A stretch of DNA of 64,000 bases. It comes from Dehalococcoidia bacterium (GTDB lineage: Bacteria > Chloroflexota > Dehalococcoidia > Bin125). Below the pieces are notes generated by a model, which saw only the letters and a program-made list of their open reading frames with translations, was not told the origin of the DNA and ran no database searches. Below, one piece after another: positions 56,636 to 64,000 of this stretch. Position numbers and translations under genes: made by a program. Position 1 is the first letter of the stretch; each line of letters starts with the position of its first letter. The stretch is taken from assembly GCA_965207695.1 (NCBI GenBank), contig CBDBNA010000011.1, forward strand, positions 4,193 to 68,192. The letters run 5' to 3'.

Positions 56636-56719
56636 GCGGTCCGGCGGCGCGATAGCGGGGGTCACCGGCGAGGGCTACCCTCCCCACCGACCTATTCTTC
56701 CCACCCGAAAGGATCCCCC

Positions 56720-57511
56720 ATGCCTGGACGACTCGATGGCCGTGTCGCGATCGTGACCGGCGGCAACAGCGGTATCGGCGAGGCGACCGCCCACACGTTC
56801 GCCCGCGAGGGCGCCCGCGTGGTGCTGATGGCCCGTCGCGAGGAGCAGGGCGTCGCGGTGCAGGACGCGATCCGGGCTGCCGGCGGCGAGGCCACGTTCG
56901 TGCGCTGCGACATCTCCGACAGCGCCTCGGTGAACGCCGCCGTGGCGCAGGCCGTGGATACCTACGGCGGCATCGACGTGCTCTTCAACAACGCCGGCTA
57001 TGGCTCCGGCGCGGCGTTCCCCGACGAGTCGGAGGAGAACTGGGCGGAGATCATCGGCGTCAACCTCACGGGCACCTTCCTCATGTCGCGGGCGGTCTGG
57101 CCGCACCTCATCGCCCGCGGCGGCGGCGCCGTGGTCAATATGTCGTCGCTGGCCGCGACGCGCGGCTTCAGCCAGGCGCAGCAGGAGTTGGGACCGGGGA
57201 CGGCCGCGGCGTCGTACTACGCGGCCAAGGCCGGCGTCGATGCGTTCACCCGCTGGACCGCCGGCGCGGGTGGCCGCCACAAGATCCGCGTCAACTGCGT
57301 GCGCCCCGGACAGGTCCTCACGCCCGGCGCGACCAACCCCGACACCGGTGAGCACTGGTTCAAGCGCGGCTTCGACCTGCACCAGATCCTGGAGCAGCCC
57401 GGGCTGCCCGAGGACGTCGCCAACGTCGTGCTCTTCCTCGTCTCCGACGAGGCCAAGTTCCTGACCGGCGAGATCATCAACGTCGATGGGGGCTGCGCCG
57501 TCAAGCTGTAG
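56720..57511 (+). CDS. SDR family oxidoreductase
   Basis: TGGNSGIGEA cofactor motif, NNAG, and a YxxxK catalytic motif (YYAAK). Confidence 0.85.
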   Translation: MPGRLDGRVAIVTGGNSGIGEATAHTFAREGARVVLMARREEQGVAVQDAIRAAGGEATFVRCDISDSASVNAAVAQAVDTYGGIDVLFNNAGYGSGAAFPDESEENWAEIIGVNLTGTFLMSRAVWPHLIARGGGAVVNMSSLAATRGFSQAQQELGPGTAAASYYAAKAGVDAFTRWTAGAGGRHKIRVNCVRPGQVLTPGATNPDTGEHWFKRGFDLHQILEQPGLPEDVANVVLFLVSDEAKFLTGEIINVDGGCAVKL

Positions 57512-57532
57512 GCGAGCCGGCCGCGGGGCGCG

Positions 57533-58102
57533 TCAGGGGTCGAGCTCCGGGGGCTCCTCCTCGTCGGTCGCGCCCTGGGCGCGCAGGGCCAGGAAGTCCT
57601 GCCAGGCCGCGGAGAACTGCCGCAGGCCGCGCCGGTAGGCGTAGTCCTGGATCGCGACGTTGCCCAGGTACGAGGCGATGTAGTACGAGCCCACGATGAG
57701 AAAGATGATCGCGAAGATCTTGGTCCAGTCGGGCAGGATCACGATCAGCCCTGTGGACACCGCGGTCCCGAACAGGATGCCCGCCCAGGCGGCGCCGTGG
57801 ACGTAGCGGCCCTCGCGCTTGCGCTTCGCGGTGTAGACCTGCGCGACCGTGCGCGAGATCTTGTCGCGCGCGGGGACGTCGTCGGCGGACGTGTCGCAGG
57901 TGGGGCAGACCCGGCGGCCCGCCTCCAGCGGGGTGTAGCAGTAGCCGCAGAAGCGACCCAGGTTGGGCGCGTTGCCGGCGCGCACCTCGGCGATCATGGC
58001 GTCCAGCGCCTCGCTGAAGGGCACGTCGCGCGTGGGCACGAACTTCCCGTCGACGATCGTCGGCTCGGGGGGCGTCATGGATGGGGACTGGGCCTGCGCC
58101 AT
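57533..58102 (-). CDS. Zinc-ribbon membrane protein (hypothetical)
   Basis: CGYC...CPTC ribbon followed by two TM helices. Only the 3' 570 nt of the 605-aa track ORF is protein-like. Confidence 0.5.
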   Translation of the reverse strand: MAQAQSPSMTPPEPTIVDGKFVPTRDVPFSEALDAMIAEVRAGNAPNLGRFCGYCYTPLEAGRRVCPTCDTSADDVPARDKISRTVAQVYTAKRKREGRYVHGAAWAGILFGTAVSTGLIVILPDWTKIFAIIFLIVGSYYIASYLGNVAIQDYAYRRGLRQFSAAWQDFLALRAQGATDEEEPPELDP

Positions 58103-58173
58103 CGCCGTCTCCGCACGCCGTCTCCGCCCGTCCGGGCCTAGCGCGACGTGGCCGCGTCGCTCCCGACAGTGTG

Positions 58174-58641
58174 CTACTCCGCGGCCCCGAAGTCCGTCAG
58201 CGGGTTGTCCGGCCCGTGGCCGGGCAGCCATTCGAAGAGCTGGTAGAGGATGCCGCCGCTGTCGCGCGGGTGGATGAAGGTCTGACGCCACTGCCCGTCC
58301 GACCAGATGCCGCGGTAGGGCTCGATGCCCAACTCGTCGCGCAGGTACTCGACCGCGGCGTCGATGTCCTCCACCTCGATGGTGATGTGGTGCAGCCCCG
58401 GCCCGCGCTTCTCCAGGAAGTCCTGCACGAAGGAGTCGTCGCCGTAGGGGGCCAGGATCTCCACTTGGCCCTGCCCGTCCGGCATGTTGAGCAGCGCGCC
58501 GCGGAAGCCCTCGCTGGGCGACCGGAAGACGTGGTCGCGTTCCAGTCCGAACAGCTTCTCGTGGAACGCGATCGCTTGCTCCGCGTCCGGCGCCGCGATT
58601 GAGTAGTGGTCGAACCGTACCCAGCCCAGCGACTTCGCCAT
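58174..58641 (-). CDS. VOC family protein (methylmalonyl-CoA epimerase / glyoxalase-like)
   Basis: Two beta-alpha-beta-beta-beta modules (HYSIAAPDAEQAIAFH..., HHITIEVEDIDAAVEYL). Confidence 0.7.
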   Translation of the reverse strand: MAKSLGWVRFDHYSIAAPDAEQAIAFHEKLFGLERDHVFRSPSEGFRGALLNMPDGQGQVEILAPYGDDSFVQDFLEKRGPGLHHITIEVEDIDAAVEYLRDELGIEPYRGIWSDGQWRQTFIHPRDSGGILYQLFEWLPGHGPDNPLTDFGAAE

Positions 58642-58820
58642 GCGCGCTCCCCCTTCCCGGTCCACCGCCGCGGCGGCGGCGGCCTGCGTTCTGCGCCGAC
58701 TTCCGGATATCGTGGGGGCTCGCGATCATGCGCGTGCGCCCCGTCGCGCGCGCATGATGCCCTCCGGCCGGGGGCCGGTCAACGATGCCGCGCGCGGCAA
58801 GACCCGTGGAGGCAAGTGTC

Positions 58821-59840
58821 ATGCCCGGACGGCGCGTCCTGTGCATCGCGAACCCGGGCGCGCGGGGTCTCGCCGCGGGCAAGCGGCTCGACAGCGCCGT
58901 CGAGACGGTGGCGGCCGAAGCCGGGATCGACGCCGAACTGGTCTGGACGCAGCGCCCAGGGCACGCGGGTTCGCTGGCCCGCGAGGCCCACGGGGCGGGT
59001 GTCGATCTGATCTTCGCCTGCGGCGGCGACGGGACCCTCAACGAGGTGCTGAACGGGCTCGACGGCGTGGCGGCCGAGGCGGCCCCCGCAGTGGGGATCG
59101 TCCCGGGCGGAACGGCGAACGTCTGGGCGCGCGAGGCGGGGATCCCGCGCCGCAGTCCCGCCGCGGCGATTCGCTCGCAACTCGACGCCGCGCTGCTGAC
59201 GGTGGACCTGGGTCGGATCGCGTTCGGAGACGGAGAGGCGGACGGCGACAGTCGCCGCTTCCTGCTGATGGCGAGCTTCGGCTTCGACGCCGAGTCGGTG
59301 GCGACGGTCAATCCCGCGCTCAAGCGGCGAGTGGGGCAGCTGGCGTACATCTGGGCCGGGCTGCGAACGTCGTGGGGCTATCCCGGCTTCAACATCGACC
59401 TGGCGCTCGACGGGGCGACGGCGGAGCGGGCGCACGGATCCATGCTGGTAGTGGGGAACACGCGCAACTACGGGGCGCTGGCCTACATCACGGCCGAGGC
59501 GTCGGTGGTGGACGGGGAGTTGGACTACGTCGCCTTCCTGGGTCACGGGTGGCTCAAGCGGACGCTCCACCTGCCGCGGCTGTTCGCGCGGCGGCATCTG
59601 GGGAACCGGAGCGTGCTGTTCCGCCGGGCGGCGACGGGACGGATGACGCCGGCGCCGGGCGAACTGCTGCCGCACGTGCAGCTCGACGGCGAGGTGGGCA
59701 TGGAGCCGTCGCCGGGACCGATCACGCTCTCGGTCGAGCAGGGAGCCGTGCGCATGCCCGTGCCGCGCCCGGACTCCCCGCTGTTCCGGCCCCCGCCGCG
59801 GCCGGCGCCGGCGCCGGCGTCGCGGGACGTGCGCGGCTAG
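58821..59840 (+). CDS. Diacylglycerol kinase family lipid kinase (DAGK_cat, YegS/BmrU-like)
   Basis: GGDGT motif (IFACGGDGTLNEV), with GGAGG upstream of ATG 58821. Confidence 0.8.
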   Translation: MPGRRVLCIANPGARGLAAGKRLDSAVETVAAEAGIDAELVWTQRPGHAGSLAREAHGAGVDLIFACGGDGTLNEVLNGLDGVAAEAAPAVGIVPGGTANVWAREAGIPRRSPAAAIRSQLDAALLTVDLGRIAFGDGEADGDSRRFLLMASFGFDAESVATVNPALKRRVGQLAYIWAGLRTSWGYPGFNIDLALDGATAERAHGSMLVVGNTRNYGALAYITAEASVVDGELDYVAFLGHGWLKRTLHLPRLFARRHLGNRSVLFRRAATGRMTPAPGELLPHVQLDGEVGMEPSPGPITLSVEQGAVRMPVPRPDSPLFRPPPRPAPAPASRDVRG

Positions 59841-61111
59841 GCGCTCGTCAGCGGACGCAGGGCGCTGTCGACGATCCGATAGCTCGCCGCCGGCGGCGGC
59901 AGCCCCGGAGGCAGCGCGGCGGCGTCGGCCGTCGTGACCAGCAACTGGCCGACTCCCGGCTCCGTCGCCGGGCCCGCGCGGCCGCCGCCGGCGTCGTGCA
60001 GCGCCTCGGCGAGCGCCGCGGCCGTGGCCTCGCGGCGCGCGGCGTCCAACTCCGAGAAGAGGTCGTCGAGTAACAGGATCGGCGCCTCGCCGGCGCGCTG
60101 CCGCAACAGGTCCGCTTCCGCCAAGCGCAGGGCCAGCGCGATCGAGCGCTGCTGCGCGCGGGAGGCGTAGCGGCCCGCCGGGCGATCGCCGAGCAGCAGG
60201 GCCACGTCGTCGCGGTGGGGCCCCACGAGCGTGGCGCCGGCGGCGACCTCGCGCCGGCGCGCGGCCGCCATCGCATCGCGCAGCAGCGCGCCGGCGTCGG
60301 CTGGGTCGGGGCGGTCGCCAGCCAGCCATGGCGTCGTGTGCAGGGCCGGCTGGTAGTCCAGGCGCAGCGGCCCGGCTTCCGCGCCCGGCTCCGGCGCCAG
60401 GAAGCGGTGCCGCGCCGGCGCCAGGTCGCTCAGCGCCGCGACGGCCGATGCGCGCGCCGCCAGCACGGCTCCCCCCGCCTCCGCCAGGACGTCGTCCCAG
60501 GGCGCGAGCTCGCCGGCGCCGGCGGCTCCCTCGGACATACGCTTGAGCACCGCGTTGCGCTGGGTGACGGCCTTGTCGTAGCGGCCGTAGGCGCGGGCGT
60601 AGCCGCGGTCCGACTGCGCGATGAGCAGGTCGAGGAAGCGCCGCCGCCGGGAGGGCGGGCCGGTCAGGATCTCGATGTCGAGCGTGGTGAACAGCACGGC
60701 GCTGATCCGGCCTACGACTTGCGTCGCGCGGCGGGCGACGCCGTTGAGCCGGAGACGCTTGCTGGTCAGCGGCGCGCCGGTACGCGTGGGCGCCGGGCGG
60801 CCCTGGGCGTCGGCGCGCGCGACCAAGGCGATCTCGACCTGGACCGGTCCGTCGGCGCGCTCGGCGCGTCCGCCGACGCGCGCGACGGCGGGCTCCTCGA
60901 GGCTGGCGGCGGCGAGCGCGGACCAGCCGATCATCTCCCCCTCCGTGGAGGCACGGGGCGAGCGCGTCATCGCCAGGAGCGCGACGGCCTCCAGGAGGTT
61001 CGACTTGCCGGCGGCGTTGTCGCCGACGAGCAGCGTCAAGCCCGGGCCGAGGGAGAGCCGCAGCTGCTCGTAGGATCGGAAGCGATCGAGTTCCAGCTCG
61101 CGCAGGTACAC
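59837..61111 (-). CDS. recF: DNA replication and repair protein RecF
   Basis: N-terminal LELDRFRSYEQL...VGDNAAGKSNLLEA Walker A, plus a C-terminal signature/D-loop. Confidence 0.85.
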   Translation of the reverse strand: MYLRELELDRFRSYEQLRLSLGPGLTLLVGDNAAGKSNLLEAVALLAMTRSPRASTEGEMIGWSALAAASLEEPAVARVGGRAERADGPVQVEIALVARADAQGRPAPTRTGAPLTSKRLRLNGVARRATQVVGRISAVLFTTLDIEILTGPPSRRRRFLDLLIAQSDRGYARAYGRYDKAVTQRNAVLKRMSEGAAGAGELAPWDDVLAEAGGAVLAARASAVAALSDLAPARHRFLAPEPGAEAGPLRLDYQPALHTTPWLAGDRPDPADAGALLRDAMAAARRREVAAGATLVGPHRDDVALLLGDRPAGRYASRAQQRSIALALRLAEADLLRQRAGEAPILLLDDLFSELDAARREATAAALAEALHDAGGGRAGPATEPGVGQLLVTTADAAALPPGLPPPAASYRIVDSALRPLTSA

Positions 61112-61126
61112 GGACGGCGCCTCGCC

Positions 61127-62407
61127 TCAGCGCCCGGCGCGGGCGGGCCGGGAGGGGCGCGGAATGCGGAACCAGTCGTCGGCCATGGCCGCGATCTCCT
61201 GCCCGATGCCCAGGGAGGCGGTCGCGCCCGGGGAGGGGGCGTTGAGGACGTGGATCATGCCGGCCTCCGCGATGAGCCGGAAGTCGTCAACGAGGCCCCC
61301 GTCGGCGTCGAGGGCTTGCGCGCGCACGCCCGCCCCGGCGCGGACGAGGTCGCCGGCACGCACGCCGGGGACGAGCTCTTGCAGCGCCCGGGTGAAGGCG
61401 CGCCGGCTGACCGAGCGATAGACCTCGCCCAGACCGGTGCGCCAGTAGCGCAGCGCCAGGCGCTGGAAGCCCGGGGAGCTGAGCGCGTCCCACACGTCCC
61501 CCACGTCGACGTCGCGCCAGCGGTAGCCCTCGCGGCGCAGGGCGAGGACGGCGTTGGGCCCGGCCTCCACCGTGCCGTCGACCCGCCGCGTGAAGTGGAC
61601 GCCCAGGAAGGGGAAGTTGGGGTCGGGGACCGGGTAGATGAGGTTGCGCACCAGTCCCGCCGCGTGCGGTCGCAGCGTGTAGTACTCGCCGCGGAAGGGA
61701 ACGATGCGCAGGCCGGGCCGGAAGCCGGCCAGCCGCGCGACCCGGTCGGCCATGAGGCCGGCGCAGTTGACGAGGTGGCGCGCTTCGATCGGCCCGGCGG
61801 TGGTGTCGATGCGGAGGCCATCGGCCCCGGCGTGCAGCCCGGTGACCGCGACGCCCGTGCGAACGACCCCGTCCTCCGCCTCGACGAGCGTGCGGTAGCG
61901 CCGCGTGACGGCGTCGTAGTCGGCGATGCCCGTCGAGGGAACGTGCAGGGCGCGGACGCCGCGGGCGGCAGGCTCCAGTTCGGCCAGTTCGCCGGGGCCG
62001 ATCTCGCGGATGCCGGGGACGCCGTTGGCGCGGCCGCGCTCGGCCAGGGCGCGCAGGCGGCCCGTCTGCGACTCATCGGTCGCGACGACCACCTTGCCGC
62101 AGCGCTCGTGGGGGATGTCGTGCTCCCGGCAGAACTCCAGCATCTGTTCGGCCCCGCGCACGGCGAGCCGGGCCTTGGCGGAGCCGGGCCGGTAGTAGAG
62201 GCCGCTGTGGATGACGCCGCTGTTGTGCCCGGTCTGGTGCTGGCCGACGTCGGGCTCCTTCTCGATCACGACGACCGACAGCCCGTCGAAGCGCTGGACG
62301 AGCGCCAGGGCGGTGGCCAGCCCGATGATGCCGCCGCCGATGACCGCGACATCGCAGGCCCCCTCGCCGGGGGTGATCGGGGCGCCGGGGGAGGTCGCGT
62401 CGTTCAT
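61127..62407 (-). CDS. lhgO: L-2-hydroxyglutarate oxidase / FAD-dependent oxidoreductase
   Basis: FAD-binding VAVIGGGIIG, and the HQTGHNSGVIHSGLYYRPGS motif typical of LhgO/L2HGDH. Confidence 0.8.
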   Translation of the reverse strand: MNDATSPGAPITPGEGACDVAVIGGGIIGLATALALVQRFDGLSVVVIEKEPDVGQHQTGHNSGVIHSGLYYRPGSAKARLAVRGAEQMLEFCREHDIPHERCGKVVVATDESQTGRLRALAERGRANGVPGIREIGPGELAELEPAARGVRALHVPSTGIADYDAVTRRYRTLVEAEDGVVRTGVAVTGLHAGADGLRIDTTAGPIEARHLVNCAGLMADRVARLAGFRPGLRIVPFRGEYYTLRPHAAGLVRNLIYPVPDPNFPFLGVHFTRRVDGTVEAGPNAVLALRREGYRWRDVDVGDVWDALSSPGFQRLALRYWRTGLGEVYRSVSRRAFTRALQELVPGVRAGDLVRAGAGVRAQALDADGGLVDDFRLIAEAGMIHVLNAPSPGATASLGIGQEIAAMADDWFRIPRPSRPARAGR

Positions 62408-62454
62408 GCAGGCATGCTATCGGGCGGCCCGACTCGTGAGGCGGCGAACCCGGC

Positions 62455-63522
62455 TCAATCGGTCACCCGGACGCCGCCGCTCTCGGCGTCTGGCGAGGCT
62501 ACGACGGTCCCGACGCGCCAGTTGCCGATGCCGGCCGCTTGCAGCCGTGCGCCGAGCTCGGCGGCGGCGGACTCCGGCAGGACGATGAGCAGCCCACCGG
62601 TCGTCTGCGGGTCGTAGAGCAGGGTGTCCTCCAGCGAGGTGAGCGCGCGGGCCGTCGCGACGCGGGCCGAGAAATAGTCGCGGTTGTTCGCCTGGCCGCC
62701 GGTCATGAGGCCCTGCGCGACGCCGGCCTCGAGGCCTGGCAGGGCCGGCAGCGCGCCGAGCGACAGTTCGACGCCGACGCCGCTGGTCATCGCGACCTCC
62801 ACGGCGTGCCCGGCGAGTCCGAAGCCCGTCACGTCGGTGAGGGCGTGCACGGGCGACTCGCGCGCCAGCTCGGCCGCGCGTTTGTTCAACTCGGACATCT
62901 GCGCGACCACGATGGCCTCGTGCGCCGCCGGGACCTCGCCCCCGCGCATGCCGTTGAGCAGCACGCCCGTGCCCAGCGGCTTGGTCAGCAGGATGGCGTC
63001 GCCGGGCTGCGCGCGGGCCTTGCGGAGCACCGCCTCGGGGTGGGCGATCCCGGTGACGCAGAGACCGTACTTGGGTTCGCGGTCGACGATCGTGTGCCCG
63101 CCCGCGACGGCACCGCCGGCCTCACGCACCTTGCTCGCGCCCCCCTCCAGCACCGCCACGATGGTCTCGACCGGCAGATCGTCGGGGAAGGCGGCGATGT
63201 TGAGCGCGAAGAGCACGTCGGCGCCCATCGCGTAAACGTCGTTGAGGGCGTTGGCGGCGGCGATCTGACCGAACTGGAACGGGTCGTCGACGGTGGGGGC
63301 GAAGAAATCGAGCGTCTGCACGATCGCCTGATCGGGGTTGAGGCGATACACGGCCGCATCGTCGGCCTTGTTCAGCCCGACGAGCAGTTCGGGATGCTCA
63401 TGCTCCGGGAATTGATGTCCAAGCGCGCGCACGACCTGCGCGAGGGCCGCGGGCCCGTACTTCGACGCTCAACCGCCGCAGGTGGTGAGGTCGGTCAGCC
63501 GGACATTCTCTTGCTGGGCCAC
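62455..63522 (-). CDS. selD: Selenide, water dikinase SelD with an in-frame TGA (selenocysteine) at codon 18. The track ORF 62455..63432 is the part downstream of the TGA.
   Basis: The reading frame continues upstream of ATG 63432 through TGA (63469-63471) to GTG 63522, which is preceded by GGAAGGAGG. The translation VAQQENVRLTDLTTCGG-U-ASKYGP aligns with E. coli SelD SENSIRLTQYSHGAGC17GCK, placing U at Cys17. The downstream region contains a GGUC-loop hairpin. Confidence 0.75.
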
Positions 63523-63625
63523 CGCCGCCTCCTTCCCCGCGCCCGCGCCCCGATCACGCGACCCGGGGCGCGCTCCCATTCTACCGGGCCGGCCATCCTA
63601 CCGGGCCGACGAGCGGCGGGCCGGG

Positions 63626-64000
63626 CTACGGGTCGTCCAGGGCCGCGCGGGCGATCATCTCCAGCCCGCGCGGCGTGATGGGCGGGTTGGCCAGGGGGCC
63701 GCGGACGTCGCGGTAGTACCGCTCAAGGGGCTCGCTGCGCTGCAGGGAGACGCCGCCGACCACCCGCATGCAGCGATCGACGATGGCGACGGCGAGGTCG
63801 GTGACACGCAGCTTCGCGGTCGCGACGCGGGGGGCGAGCCGGGCCCGCCGCGCGGAGGCATCGGGGCCCGCGGCGGCGTCCCAGGCCTCGGCCGTGGCGA
63901 AGAGGAGCGCCTGGGCGGTGAAGATGTCGGCGTCGATGCGGCCGACCTCGTGCCGGACGTACGGCACGGTCGCGATCGGCGCGCCGAGACCGGTCGGCCG
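63626..64000 (-). CDS. Acyl-CoA dehydrogenase family protein. Only the C-terminal part lies in the window; the gene continues beyond 64000.
   Basis: ACAD C-terminal helical domain motifs (RYYRDVRGPL...). Confidence 0.6.
   Translation of the reverse strand, partial: RPTGLGAPIATVPYVRHEVGRIDADIFTAQALLFATAEAWDAAAGPDASARRARLAPRVATAKLRVTDLAVAIVDRCMRVVGGVSLQRSEPLERYYRDVRGPLANPPITPRGLEMIARAALDDP

Noticed and set aside
57533-59350. 605-aa minus-strand ORF
   Set aside because: Only the 3' 189 codons (zinc ribbon plus two TM helices) are protein-like. The upstream 400 codons are Ser/Ala/Arg/Pro low-complexity and overlap the VOC gene on another frame and are antisense to the DAGK gene.
60215-62617. 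800-aa plus-strand ORF antisense to recF and lhgO
   Set aside because: Low-complexity composition. The opposite strand encodes two proteins with strong conserved motifs.

Overview
This is a 64-kb, roughly 70% GC bacterial chromosomal segment. Sortase-type LPXTG anchoring and an XhlA-like gene are present, and the composition is typical of a high-GC Chloroflexi/Thermomicrobia- or Actinobacteria-like organism. The ORF track is dominated by long antisense and alternate-frame artifacts caused by the GC bias. Genes were called by protein-like composition, recognisable motifs, RBS and start context, and operon geometry.

The left half (0-29 kb) is mostly housekeeping and metabolism:
- replication, repair and maintenance: holA, lexA with a Cheo-type LexA box, lipB, thyX, a NUDIX hydrolase and a PIG-L deacetylase;
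- membrane and envelope: a sodium:solute symporter, a rhomboid protease, a PAP2 / flippase-like lipid pair, an aquaporin, and an S8 protease;
- regulation and sugar metabolism: an OmpR-type two-component system, CoA-transferases, and phosphomannomutase.

The 29-46 kb interval looks accessory:
- A 6.3-kb five-gene segment is bracketed by two inverted copies of a roughly 300-bp promoter-plus-leader module. Each copy carries phased 10-bp CGTGAAAGAT tandem repeats.
- A DUF433/DUF5615 toxin-antitoxin-like pair follows.
- Three copies of a 57-bp perfect-hairpin repeat bracket two XhlA-like small membrane proteins.
- A cluster of large secreted proteins (Big/Ig-like, parallel beta-helix, LPXTG-anchored Met/Asp-repeat protein) ends at tRNA-His and tRNA-Arg. 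These proteins share a recurrent 75-aa C-terminal domain with the S8 protease and an IPT/TIG protein elsewhere in the window.

The right part carries PhyH, an acyl-CoA carboxyltransferase, a YkgJ-type Cys-cluster protein, rpsU preceded by an unexplained structured 800-bp intergenic region, a ChlI-like ATPase with a vWA partner, recF, and lhgO. It also carries a selD gene that the ORF track splits at an in-frame TGA aligned with the catalytic Cys/Sec position, i.e. a probable selenoprotein SelD.

Coordinates derived from the ORF track by codon arithmetic are exact. Coordinates read directly off the sequence (tRNAs, repeats, boxes) may be off by 1-2 nt.
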